Positions 38,601 through 51,394 of a DNA stretch of 59,695 nucleotides are shown piece after piece. The DNA comes from Octopus bimaculoides (Eukaryota): NCBI RefSeq assembly GCF_001194135.2, contig NC_068997.1:26961396-27021090 (forward strand), written 5' to 3'. Position numbers and translations under genes: made by a program. Numbering within the stretch: the stretch's first letter is position 1; each line of letters starts with the position of its first letter. The notes beneath the pieces are model-generated. The model did no database searches. It saw only the letters and a program-made list of their open reading frames with translations, and was not told the DNA's origin.

Positions 38601-41600
38601 ATACACTTATTTTTCTGAAAACAAGATGGGTTGGTCTGGTTGGAATACTCTTAACCAAACATAGGCCTTCTCAAAATCGGCAGATCATCATCTGGAGCTA
38701 AATTAAATTACAAAAATTCAGTAGGTTGGTGTGTTGGGCAGTCATAAGCCACAATTAATATATTTCTTTTATTTGTTTCAGTTTTGGACTATACCATCCT
38801 GGGGTACTTCTTTCATTTCTTTCTCTTTATCTCTCTCTCTGTAAACCTCCATCTTTAGTACATGCTTCTTTCTACAACTCTCACTCTCTCTCACTCCCAC
38901 CCCCGCCGCCAACAAGCCAATCTCTATGTGTGCTCTCACCTTGCAAGAAATAACAGCCAAATCTTGAAATCATAGCCTGTTTTAAGAGAAGACGAACACT
39001 TTAGTTAATGTAGCCCTGAATATGTACACCATGTGTGTAATGTTTGAATAATAATAATTAAAAAAATAGGATGGTCACAGCTGAAGTGTCTTTGATCCTA
39101 AGATTCTCCTCCTGCTCTATCTGAGCTCACTTGGGGGTTAAACAGCAGCAACAACTCTACAGTCTCTGCAAAATGAAACTGTAGAACAGATTGCTAAGAC
39201 TGTTTGAGTTGGAGCAACATTGAAAAATGACTTATAATAATCCATGATGTGGAAGAGGAGAAGAAGGGATGATGATGATGAGAAGAAGTGGTGATGATGC
39301 TGGGTGATGAGTGGGTGCTATATATCAGGTATGCATGTGGTGGGAGCTACTCTACTGCACTTTATCATGTGTTCCTTTTCTTTGTTTTCTATAGATGGTA
39401 TGGATTTAAGTGAGGAGAAACCAGAATGTGATCTCATCAGCAATGACAGTCCGAAGAACAAAGGTTGCAAACAGAAACGAAAACGCAACAGTAGCTCCGA
39501 AGCAAAGGAACCAAGCCGACCAATTAAACAGCGGAAGTTGGAACCTTTGTGTGGAGAAAACACTGATGAAACAAACATCAAGTTCGAAGGTCAAGCAGAA
39601 GAAGGTGCCAAATCAGAAGACGAGGATCGAGGTTCTGGTAGTTGGAAGAAGAAGAAAAAGAAGAAACGACATTGGTTGGAGAGTTTCAGCAAACTTTCTA
39701 ATGATGTTTTTCCTGAGAAGTGTAAGCTCCAACGTCGGTCTAGCAGCAACTCAAAACTAAGTGATATCGAACCAGCTGATAGACTGGCTCAAAAATCAGA
39801 GACTGATTTAAAATCATCGAACAAACAGGAATCAGGTGAGACTGCGACACAGGAAAAGACTCCTCATGAAACTGAATCACGGTTGGAAAACTTATCTGCA
39901 GACGAAGGAATCGATTCTGCTGCTAAAGATACTAAAAGGTCTAAAAGGAAACGGAAAAAAGACAGCATGGATAGTACAACTGGTAGTGATCTGGAGAATG
40001 TGCCAAAGCGTATAAAATATGACAGAACTGAAGAAGCCCTGAACAACAATATGCAACTAGATCATTCTAAAGATTGTAATAAGAAACGGCGCAATAAGAA
40101 TCGTAAACGATCCAAACCACTGCCACACTTGCGGGTCATCTCCAAGTGAGTTGTAGTTCCTTGCTTTTATTTCTTTCTTTTTTGTATCATGTATTTTTTG
40201 TCTTAAATGAATGGCCAATGAGTTTCTAGTGGAAATTCTTCAGAAACTCACAGTTATCTAAGTATCTCAGTTCTTGACTGAGTAGACCTACATTCAAAGG
40301 GGTTTCATCCATAGCCAACCTGTTTTTTTATCCAAGTATTGTGTTCTCTGGATTACATTATCCAATGGGTGTTTTTGTCTTTTAAAGACAGTAAAGTGTA
40401 ACTTGAAGGTGATTTTTCTGCTATTCTTAGCAGGTCTAAAAATCATATAGAAACTCTCTTGTTGGCTCAGGCTGGCTGTATGTTGCCCTCATGGACTAAC
40501 TGTCAACATTAGTATCTGGTCACCACAACTAGTGCCTCTATAAAGAAAAAAAAATCAAGCTCTGACTGGACCATGACTCCTGTAACTAAATAGGTACCAT
40601 GTGGAAGTATGAGACATTTTGGCACAGCTGTTTTGGTGCTGCCTATTTGGCATGGCTGACTCCAGGCTTTTTAATGTTTCTCTCATTCTCCTTTCTATCA
40701 CTATCTGTCTGTATGTATATATTTCTAAGTGCGTGTGTGTTTGCCTCTAGTCCCAGAAACTAGTTTCCAAAACAGGTTCAATGTCCAGTCAGCTGTGCCA
40801 AATTGACAGTGTCCAAACAGCCTCACTCACTTGTCTCATTCCGACCATGTAGAAGTATGGCTTAAGTAAATTTCAGGATCATGACAGAACTAACAAATAG
40901 TTTTCATGACCATGCAGCATTGAGTTCTAATACTACCATAGTTATAGCTTGGAGGCTCCCTCTCTTGAAGTCATCAGGTATGATGAGTAATCAGGATGCT
41001 AATGGGTTAAGAGTTGCTACTCAGAGTTTCAGCAATGTACTTATGTCATGCACTTATTGGTAGTTGAGTTAAGGTAACTTTGTTAACTCAGTTGATGTTA
41101 TTGTTGTTCCATCTCAGGAAGGAATGGTTAAAGTACAAAAGTGAATACCTTGCCAGACAACGGTCCAATATGTCCAGGATGAAGCAGATGCTCATTGAGA
41201 TGAACAAGAATCAAGGTATGTTACAACCATTATGAAACACTATTTTATTCAGTCATATTATATATGTCTATATTATTCCTTTATACACAACACACGCACT
41301 CACTGGACTTCTGCCTTCTGTGTTATCCAATGTCCATTTTCTCAAAACATTGACATGAAAAGAGCATCCAGTTCATACTGTAAAGTGGTTGGCATTCAGA
41401 CAGGAATCCAATCATAATAACCAAACCACTAAACTGTCAACTGTCTAGTCTGCCTAGTTGTAAGTAGGCACCACAGTGTGATGTAGTTCACTGTATTGTG
41501 TCCATGACCAAGACACTGAAGACATTGAACTGTCAACAATCCAGTTTCTCTAGCTGTAGACTGGATTGTTAACTTAGTATTGTAAAACATGAATTAAAAT

Positions 41601-42126
41601 GATAATTATATCTTAGAAATATATCTTAAAACCAGACTACTGAATTTTAGCACTATTGAAGTTTTCTATATTTTTTCTATTTCTTTCTTTTCTTTTTATA
41701 TATATTTCCAGACTGTAAAATTCCTGAAAATTCTTCTGAAGACAAATACAAGTTTATTCCAAATGTGATTGTAAACATTAAGTCTGAGACAGTATTAAAC
41801 GTGAAGGAATTAAAAGTATGTTTTTGGCAATTGCCATGTTTATTTGGTGGTGATACTTGTTCTTGTTGCTGCTGTTGCTACAACAGCATAAGGTCCCTGA
41901 ATAAGGGTTGTTTAAGGTTGTTGAACAAAACACCCATGTTTCCAGGGGTGAATCACCCAAACTCCAAAACTTCCCCTCAACACATGGCTATGATGCTCCC
42001 CAACTACTTCTGCTTGTGATCAGAGATGCACATATCGTCAGCCACCAAGGGACATGCTCAACTGATTAAAGTAAAAAAACTGACAAGCAAATCTGTGGTA
42101 TTGAGCAGAATATTTGCTGTAGCCCA

Positions 42127-42164
<38 letters not shown>

Positions 42165-43844
42165 CAGACACTTAGCTCATGTCTGACAGTGGGTACATGT
42201 TATTGACAAAACCCAACAAGGAACAAATGTACATCTAGTTTCTCACCACTGCAGCTGGTCAATTCTGCTACTGATATATTTTTTATGTTCTTAAACATTA
42301 GAGATATTATCTCTACAAATACCACAGTTAATTTGCTTTTTCAGAATGTATCTGCAATATGTATGATACTCTGATGGCTATTTTAATCTAATACAGCTTC
42401 TTTACACAACAAATTTATAACTGTGTGTGTGTGTGTTGACTGTATGACAAAAGCAAATGTGTTTAAGGTGATGTAACCTACAGTAAAACTTGTTTTAACA
42501 GGGAAAACTCACACCACTTGGTGACATTGCATACATAGATCTGAAAGAAGTTGATACGCAGGCCTTTGTGCGTTGTAAAAATGAAGCAAGTGCACAGAAA
42601 ATATGCAACACCAAATTCGAGACATTAAGTGTTTCACTTCTTGAAGGTAAAGAAAAAAATAATTTATTTGTTGTGAATTCAAAATGGTTTTATTTGAAAT
42701 TCTTAAACTGGTTCCACTGTTGTTTAGCCCCAGGTCCGTCCTGGCCAAAGAGGACCATACCGTGACCATCCTATCTTTTTTTATCTTAATATTGTCTATC
42801 TAGGACTATTATACACATATATGTATATACAAACACACACTCACACTCATACATGCACATCCATATATAAATAATATACACACACACAGTGATCAAAGAC
42901 CACATCAGAATGTAAAAATAAAAAAGAATGGAAGAAAGCTTATCCTGCTGATTAAGCATGCCTTAAGGTCACTGACTCACAGACATGCTGCAGACTCTCT
43001 CTGTCTTTTCTACTTTCTCTGCTACAATAAACTCATCTTCTATCCATCTTTATTGTTCAGGTGAAGATGAGAAGTGCTACTGGGACAAACTCAAGGCAGA
43101 CAGAGAGAGTAAGATCAACTCGAAACATCGTTTGAAGAAAAGAGGAACACTCAAGGTTTGTTTAAAACTTAGGAGCAGTTTTTATTTTCACCTTTTTTAA
43201 AAAACTTATTTAGATTGAACCTTGATATTTCTACATTGAAGTAAATATATTCATTTTTAGAAGATGCAAAATAAAAATAATTGTGTTGCTATTTCTGTTA
43301 AAATAGAAATATCTAAATTTCAATAGATATGACAATATGTGCATCATAATATCCTCTTTTACCATGCTTGTAGAGGATGGATGAAGTTTATTGAGGGAAA
43401 TTTTCTGTGGTTAGATATCCTACCTCTTGCCAACCCTTATCTGTTCTTGAGCAGAATAGTTTCGATGGGTGTCACTGTCATACAAGCAGTGTCAATATTT
43501 CCAGTGGTGAGCTGATGGAATTGTTACCACGTCAAGCAAAATGCTTAGCAGTATTTCGTCTCTCCCCATGTTCTGAGTTCAAATCCTGCCAATGTCGACT
43601 TTGTCTTTCATCCTTTCAAGGTTGATAAAATAAATACCATTTGAGCACTGGGGTCATTGAATCGTCTTTCCCTTGATCTTGCTGTCCTTGTGCCAAAATT
43701 GGGAACAATATTACCTTGTTTGGAAATAGGTTTGGAAACAGGAAGAGCATCCAGCCATCGAAAAAAATCTGCCTTAATAATCTCCATCTGATCTATGTAA
43801 GCTTGGGAAAGTGGACATTAAAGCAGTGAGGATGAGGATGTTGA

Positions 43845-43882
<38 letters not shown>

Positions 43883-45110
43883 TTGAAGAGGTCACCCATG
43901 ACTTCTCTTTTGAAGAACAGTAGTTAGATGATAAATTAATTCATTGCTGTTATAACAGATTAAGGTAATGAGTCTTTGAGAAAGATCTGGTTGTTACATC
44001 AAGCCAATATTCCTGAACTAGAAGGCACATAATGTGCTTGAGTAAGGTACATCATTTCATGTCTGGTCCAATCTAAATAGCTGTGATGAGTATGTTTGAT
44101 GTTCTGCAGGTTCAATGATAGGAAGGGCCACAAGAGTGTCTGTGTCCATTTGCAACTACACAGCCACCTAAAACAAGTACTGAAAGCATGGCACATGATG
44201 CCTAGTTGTACTTACTTGCAAGTGACAGCTATTATATATGGTGATAATTTTCATCGATCTGTTCTTGGTAGGTTGGATAGCTAGGATCTCCATCTAAGAT
44301 CCATAATTTACTGCAAGTGCAATTATGTACATGATGGGATCCCAATCCCTTTCACAGATGCTGGCCACAAGTCTGTATTTTGTCAAAAGAATCTCCTAGA
44401 TATGCCACACGTCTGAGCAATTGACTATATTGGGTTCTGCCTCATCTACCATTTCGGTATTTCTGCACTTAAGGGGTCATTCTTGATACCCATTACTTGA
44501 AGCAAGGTACTGTAGTGTGGCCATCAGTGTACACTACAAATTTATGGAAGTCATAAGTGAGGGCTGTGCTCCTGTTCATGTCTGAAAATGTACAGCTAAC
44601 AAGTTTACAAAAGTATTACTCCTTATATAATACACCAAACATCACAGGAATTCTAAGTACCAGTTATATATTGAGGTTCATTCAGCTGAAAGTAGCTCCT
44701 TGTCTATTATCCATTTAGCACAATGGTTCTCAACTGGGGTTCATATAAGAATTCTGGGGATCCATGCAACAAAATAGTGATTTGGAAATCCATAATAGCA
44801 CAAGAATATTTAAATATTGTTTTATGTTCAAACTGGCCTAATTCAGCCTCTCACACCTTCCTTACAATGTCATTCTAAAAATAAGCAATCACATCATTAA
44901 AATTTCAGAACTACAAGATAATGCGTGATTAATTCAAAATAATATTATTAAATAAGCATTACTTTTGACAATCTGAATGCTAAAGGGTTAAATATGACTA
45001 CTAGACAGAGGAAATTTGTAGTTTTATGTAATGTCTTCTCTTTGTTTCAGCTACTTGACAAGATGGAGAAAATCAACACCCAAAACACCAAAATATATTT
45101 TGATGATTGA
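34227..45110 (+). CDS. LARP7: La-related protein 7 (La motif, RRM1, xRRM), 12 coding exons, 618 aa
   Basis: Exons: 34227-34304, 35439-35517, 36035-36135, 36594-36674, 37368-37532, 38214-38313, 39395-40145, 41118-41215, 41712-41815, 42502-42646, 43061-43155, 45051-45110. All introns are GT-AG and phase-consistent (1857 nt). Motifs: EQMEFYFSNSNLHKDRF, DERTVYVELLP, VSLPRYKSTGDLKQFAFVEF, LPHLRVISKKEWLKYKSEYL, GDIAYID, EKCYWDKL, and C-terminal KIYFDD. Confidence 0.97.
34769..35240 (-). mobile_element. Tc1/mariner-superfamily remnant in LARP7 intron 1
   Basis: TA-CAGGGTGACCC terminus; WFQQDEATAHTT...SPDLTSPDFFL...KVYVNKP on - strand. Confidence 0.8.
36252..36422 (-). pseudogene. Duplicated fragment of ankyrin-DHHC exon 2 plus upstream intron, inside LARP7 intron 3
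   Basis: Aligns directly with 26761-26933. It encodes RHSQMPLYKASLGNDWTIIYLLLEVATDPNMCNDFD versus the original WHSQTPLHKASLGGDWTIIYLLLEAGADPNMCNDFD. Confidence 0.9.
37723..37957. mobile_element. hAT-like MITE
   Basis: TIRs TAGTGGTTCTCAAC / GTTGAGAACCACTG. Confidence 0.75.
41890..42160 (+). mobile_element. Retroposon 3' end with (ATT)n tail
   Basis: Same family in reverse at about 27780-27960 (CAACACATGGCT.TGATGCTCCC...ACAAGCAAATCTGTGGTATTGAGCAGAATATTTGCT). Confidence 0.7.
43500..43712 (+). mobile_element. SINE family B
   Basis: Matches 3545-3766. Confidence 0.75.
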
Positions 45111-45163
45111 GTTGAATTTCTACAACTTTCTCTCCTGAAAAATCAATACAAATTCATTTTTGA

Positions 45164-45169
45164 AATAAA
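45164..45169 (+). terminator. LARP7: Putative polyadenylation signal of LARP7
   Basis: AATAAA about 55 nt after the stop codon, followed by a T-rich downstream element. Confidence 0.5.
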
Positions 45170-45660
45170 TATTAAAAAAATTTAAGTACTTTTTTTTCTT
45201 TTTTCTCAGTTTGACTAACTTGATGCAAAATCTTAATTGGAAAATACAAATATGAAGGCACAAATGTGGCTTAGTGGTTAAAAAAGTTCACTTGGATAAA
45301 ATAATGTTTAACCCTTTCACATTCAGATTATTATCAAATGTGAAGTTTTTTTTTTTTTAATTCATTGCTGTGAACTAATCAGGCATTATCTTGAGATTTA
45401 GATGATGTGATTATTTTTAGAATGACATTGTGGAGAAGGTGCAAGAGACCAGATTTGGCCAGCTTAAATGCTGGAAAGGGCTGAATGGAATGCATCCTAA
45501 ATCTTTCAATTTTGCCCTTTTCTTTCTATGAAAACATTTTGTTATTCTATTCTTGCCTTTTGTTTCAGTTTTGAACATAAAGAATTTAGTAAAATAACTT
45601 TGTCATTAACAAGTTGATATTTGGAACATAAGTTACCAGGTTTAATTTAGACCACTTTAA

Positions 45661-45876
45661 CCCTTTTGTTACCATATTTGTGGAAATACAATGCCTACGT
45701 TTCAATTTATTTTGAAAATAATGAAGAATTTAGTAAAATAACTTCATCACTATGAAGCTGGTGTTTGGAATGTATATTAAAAATTTTGATGGAAGGTTTT
45801 AATTCAAATTGCTTTAAAATGGAGATTTTGCATCAGAGAACAAGGGGTGGTCTCAAGTAGGTTGGTATCAAAAGAG
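45661..45876. mobile_element. piggyBac-type MITE
   Basis: TTAA|CCCTTTTGTTACCA...TGGTATCAAAAGAG|TTAA. Confidence 0.7.
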
Positions 45877-46799
45877 TTAAAAACAGAATTATTAAGAGGT
45901 AGTGAGTAGTAGCAGCAGCAGCAGCATAAGATAGCAATATAAGAAAGCAAGTGACTTTTCAAATATTTTTTCTTTATTGATGATTGAAGAAATACATGTA
46001 AGTGTGGCTTCCTCATTCCTGGTCTCTGGTGACAGGCTTCAGTGATAGATAAGAAATAGAAGGAAGAACAGTCGAGAGTTCTTAAGACAATCACAGTTGG
46101 AATCCAAAGTCACTGTAGTGGAAATATTTAGCTTTATGGAGATGGGGTGGGGGTAGGGTGAGAAGAAAAAATAAATAACAGACTCACCCCCGTTACTATA
46201 GAAACAGACAAAATCCAACAGGTTTACAACAAAAATAAAGAAAAAAAGTATTTGGTGAAAAAATACCCACTCAGCCCAGATGACTAACCGTTTAAATACA
46301 TTTGATCAATATGAACAAAGATAATCTTCCAGTTTTTGTTTGTCATTGTCCACTAGTTAGCAGTAGCATTACTAGGGGGAGGGGTCATAGCCTAAAAATA
46401 AATGCTGCTACTCCATGTTGTAAGTTAGACTGTGCAAAGTTAGCAAGAGACCAAAAGGCACAGGAAAAAAAAAAAAAANNNNNNNNNNAAAAAAAAAAAA
46501 AAAAAAAAAGGAAACTAACAAAATATACAAACTAATTACTACAACGACACCAGCATACCATTTATCTGAGCAGCTGAAAGAAACTATTTTCAATGGCAGA
46601 TAGAGGTCGAGATGACCAAGTGATGAAGACTTCTCAGAATGTAACACCTCCCAAGTCAATCACTTGTGATTTTCTGCATCATCCGAAAGAGGTGGGGGTA
46701 AAAAAATAAAAGGGCACACCTACTCCCACATCACAAACAGCTGCCAGTAATTAAATACATTGTTGATAGTTATGTCTTGTACATCAGTGCTCACTGATA

Positions 46800-48050
46800 C
46801 AGGAATTTAGACAGCTGGTGAGAATATCAATAAGGACATAGCTGATGACATATCATATGAAAGATTGGACAGGACAGCAAGTGTTGGGAAGTGAAATAAG
46901 AGGATGGAGATCTCATTTCTCATAGCAATTAAAACGAGGCACCAAAGTTGGAAACATAGATTTGGCAGCATGGTAATTGTTGGAAGGTCAATGAAACGAG
47001 GAAAGGGACAGCTCGGTTGATAATTGCAATGGAAAGAGAAAAAGATGGTTGGAGATATCGTGAGAAAATGCAGAAGAGAGACATGATTGATCTGGTTGAG
47101 TTTTCTTTCAAGATACCCTGGGTAGATGGCATACAGTATTTTCCTGAATTCTATTCCAAAAGACAGAATTGAGCTACTTCTATGATGCAATGATTGCAAA
47201 GAAACTGCAGTCATGAAAAATTCCCCAAACCCTCCAGGATCATTATGTTGAAGCAATGATATTTATGTTTGAAGTAGAACAATTAGATCAGATGATTCAG
47301 ATCTGGAATCTAAAGTCACTGTAATAGAATTGGTGTTGTGGAGATGGAGGAGGACGAGAAAAATAAATACACATCCCATCACGACAAAGTGGACATAATC
47401 TAATCACTTATAACTTTGGTAGAGAGAGAGAGCGAACAAGCATACCAGTGTTTTCTATGACTTCTGCAGGATCAAATAATCCACAATTGAAAATGTTGGT
47501 GAGAATTATTGATTGAAATGAAAAAGATTGAGGACATTCCTGACAGCATTTCATACAAAGAGTTTGAATCTGGCCACAGCAGTGTAATTGTTGGGAGGCA
47601 AAAGAAATAAGAAAAACAATATCTCAGCTATAGTAATCATTGCAACAGGAAGGAGAAATAAGGTCAGAAAGATGGTGAGAGACAAAGCAGCAGAAAGGAG
47701 GATCTGTTTTGTGATGATTACAAACTGCATGAAATAGACAAGATGAAGAGTGGTACTAATGACACCACACACACACATGATGCAAAATACAATTACATCT
47801 GGATACGTTTTCTTCAAGATATTCTTGGTTACGTGGCAATGTAATGAATGCTTTCCTGAACCTTAATCCAAATGACAGAGATGATGTACCCAACCACAAC
47901 TGACACAACTGCACTACACTTACTGAGCAATGTTTGCGAAGAAAATCTGCAGACAAGAGAAATGCCCAAACCTTCCGGAAACACTGGTTAAACAATGACC
48001 TGAGATGATACATGCACTGGAGAAGTAACACTTTCTTGGTGCCAATGATG
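46800..48050 (+). mobile_element. Two highly decayed, mutually similar LINE RT N-terminal fragments (about 47085-47260 and 47795-48000)
   Basis: Shared GATCTGG....TTTTCTT.CAAGATA...TTTCCTGAA...TCCAAA.GACAGA; peptides resemble K.PG.DG...L...F...C..E.IP. Confidence 0.4.
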
Positions 48051-51000
48051 TTCCACCTATTCTCAGAAATGAGTTGCATCTTGGGAAGATCAGAAATTAC
48101 CTAGTGTTAACTAAATCGTATTTTAAAATGTATCATCAGATTATTGTTGTCTTTTTTTTTTGTTGTTTCTTTTATATTCAGATGCATGTAAAGATTTATA
48201 AATTTCCTTATTAGTATTTTTTTTCTGTTTGCGTAGATGTAAATATTAAAACGTTTTCCATCTCTAAAAGACGAGGTTAATAGTTTGAAAAATTATAGTC
48301 ATAAAATATATGTATATATATATTTTGCATAGGACGTGCATTACAGTGTGTTAATAATCAACGTGATAGATAAGAGAAGCGTAGTGTTCTAATGATACCA
48401 GAGCAAGACCCAAAATGTTAAATGCTCATTAGTGTTAGTTCGTTTAGAACCTATCCTTCTGAATGACTGATATTGAAACAATATATTTTTCAAAAAATCT
48501 TTCACAAATGCCTACTAATGAGTCATAATTGATGTAAGGGATGAAAAAAAAAAACTCTTAAAAAATTCATTTTCAATAATGACTAATGGTTGACTAGAAA
48601 TGACACCATGATTGAAATGTTTGATGAATAAAATTTATATTTAATCCAAAAGATGTTATTTTCAATTAAAAACAAAACGGGAATTTTTTTTTGTTTGTTG
48701 TTTGCTAAATATCAAGTGTATGAATTAAGTTGGTGTAATACTAAGGTGATTAATTAACTAGGTGATTATAAAACATTAGCTATTATTGCAAGTTTTAGCA
48801 TTGACGTTTAGGACACATGAAAATTTCCTTGTTGTAGACATTCCAAAGAGATTTATAAAAAAAAAAAAAAAACGACAAAAAACAAAAACACCACGAAGTC
48901 TAAATGCTGAGAAGATAACTTCAGGTGTCTTTAATAAGTGATTGTCTTACCACTGGGAGAGAAGTGGGGAGAAAGAATATATAAATTAATAATAAATGTA
49001 GCCCAAGAAAATGATCTGTAAACCACAAGCTGGTGTCATCAGATAAGTGCTTGATTATAAATGGGCACAATTGTTGTTGAATAGTCCTGCTCTCAGCCAT
49101 GATGCATTAAGGAGGTTAAAACATGTCCCTAGTTCATTCTTGCTTTCCTTTTTTAATGCTTTCAGTTCTCATTATATATATATATAGAACCAACTTCTTT
49201 AAATTTGTATATCAGGAATTGTGAAAAGTAAGAGAAACAAAATAAAATATACATTGGCATAATTGTCATTTCAATTGAAGATAACAGAAGCCTAAATATG
49301 GTGCAGCAGTTAAAAAAAAAAGTTTGAACCACAAATGGCCACTATGAAGCATCGTAAACATTGTTACCATAGCAATATTCTGTGTGGTCCCAGTCAATAG
49401 AAGAGATCTCCAGAAGTTGGTACCAACAGCAGGTAATAGATTACACGAGTAGTTCCAAAGACTTCTCATTCCAAACCCAGTCAGCTCCATCTTTTGGAAT
49501 AATTCTATTTCATCATCCCAAATGAATGCAAAANNNNNNNNNNNNNNNNNNNNNNNNNNNNNNNNNNNNNNNNNNNNNNNNNNNNNNNNNNNNNNNNNNN
49601 NNNNNNNNNNNNNNNNNNNNNNNNNNNNNNNNNNNNNNNNNNNNNNNNNNNNNNNNNNNNNNNNNNNNNNNNNNNNNNNNNNNNNNNNNNNNNNNNNNNN
49701 NNNNNNNNNNNNNNNNNNNNNNNNNNNNNNNNNNNNNNNNNNNNNNNNNNNNNNNNNNNNNNNNNNNNNNNNNNNNNNNNNNNNNNNNNNNNNNNNNNNN
49801 NNNNNNNNNNNNNNNNNNNNNNNNNNNNNNNNNNNNNNNNNNNNNNNNNNNNNNNNNNNNNNNNNNNNNNNNNNNNNNNNNNNNNNNNNNNNNNNNNNNN
49901 NNNNNNNNNNNNNNNAAAAAAAAAAAAAAAAAAAATGTCGGCAAATTTCATCTTATTTTGTTTCTTTTTTTTGTTTGTTTCCCCACTTCTAAATATATCT
50001 TTTATAAGTTCTATTAATAAAAGCTGAACAAGTGTGTAAAAGTGTAAACTTATAGTTAAAAAAAAATCTCTTCCATCTTTCAGTTAAAATTTTATAGTGT
50101 TCATTAAGTACTAATTGATTAATTAATTTTAAAAAATTAAAATCTTGCTTATTATTATTATTATTATAATAAGAGTTCACAGACAGGCAGTCTAAATGAA
50201 TTGAGTTGTATAAAGTATCTCTGAGCATCATACATAGCAGTACACAACAGATAATTATAATAATAAAAATAATAATATTGGTTTTCCTCCCCGGGCAGTG
50301 TGTAGCTTAAAGAGAATTGTCTTGAGAGAAAGAGAGAGAGAAAAAAAAGGGTATATTTTCTTTTCTTTCTTTTTTTTTTATAATCAGCACAGCAATGGCA
50401 CCAACACCATTCCATATTTCAATATTCAACTCCTCCAGCTGTAGGTAGGAATGATAGGCAAGACATTCGGAAAGATCTACTGCAAAGTTACATGGATAAA
50501 TACAATTAGCAGATTGATAGCATATACAGGTGAGGTAACATAAAAAAAATTTTTCAATAAGAAATATGTCAAGTTTAAAAAATACAATAGTCTTAGAGGA
50601 ATTGAGTTCAGGAACTTTCAGAAGTATTAAAACAACATAGCCCTCAAGTAAATAATAATAATAATATCTTAATAAATGATAATTGTCATTAAGTTATGAT
50701 AATAATGAATGTAAAATGCCCTATTGTCTAAAATGAAATATCACCAATGTCCTTAACACAAGTAAAGCCTTAATCATGAATACATTTAATTAATTTCAAG
50801 TACCTTATTGTATATGTTTGTTTGTTTGTGTGTGTGTGTACGCACACACACACACACATATATATACATTATAGAATGTGACATGCAGAACTATCTCACT
50901 GTGCATGTTTGCATGTGTGTATGTATGTATGAGTGTTTGTGCATGTGTGAGTGAAAGCACATATATTAGTTTTATATTCGGGAAGAAGGTCCTTTATCCA

Positions 51001-51394
51001 GTAGTACATGCTTCTGGTAGTAGTGGTATATAGTAGTAGTAGTAGTGGTAGTGGTGGTAGTAGTAGCGGTAGTAGCTAGCTGGGTGGTGGAGCTACAGCT
51101 GAAATCATAGTCATGCATACACAGTAACAACCAAAGTAGTTGTAGTTCAGAAAAAAAAAGGAACTACCAAAAATAAATATAAAAAAAAAAAATAAAAGAG
51201 GAGGATTTTGGGAGATCTTTTTATCAACTTGAAGCTGAAATAACCAAGAAAGTGGGAATAAGGATAAAAGTTCGTTTATGGTTTGTCTTCTTTTTTTTTT
51301 CTTTCTTTTTTTAATTATTATTATTATTATCGTTATTATGATCATACTGAATAAAAAACTGATATCTATGAAGTAGAACTAGTTTTGATTCCAA

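Noticed and set aside
34227-45110. miR-302/367-like cluster, or 7SK/U6 gene, inside or near LARP7
   Set aside because: No convincing pre-miRNA hairpins or snRNA sequence was recognised; the intron content is explained by SINEs, MITEs and LINE debris.
47795-48050. Ulp1-protease-like peptide (WLRGNVMNAFL)
   Set aside because: Better explained as decayed LINE RT, with a paralogous copy at about 47085; it contains stops.
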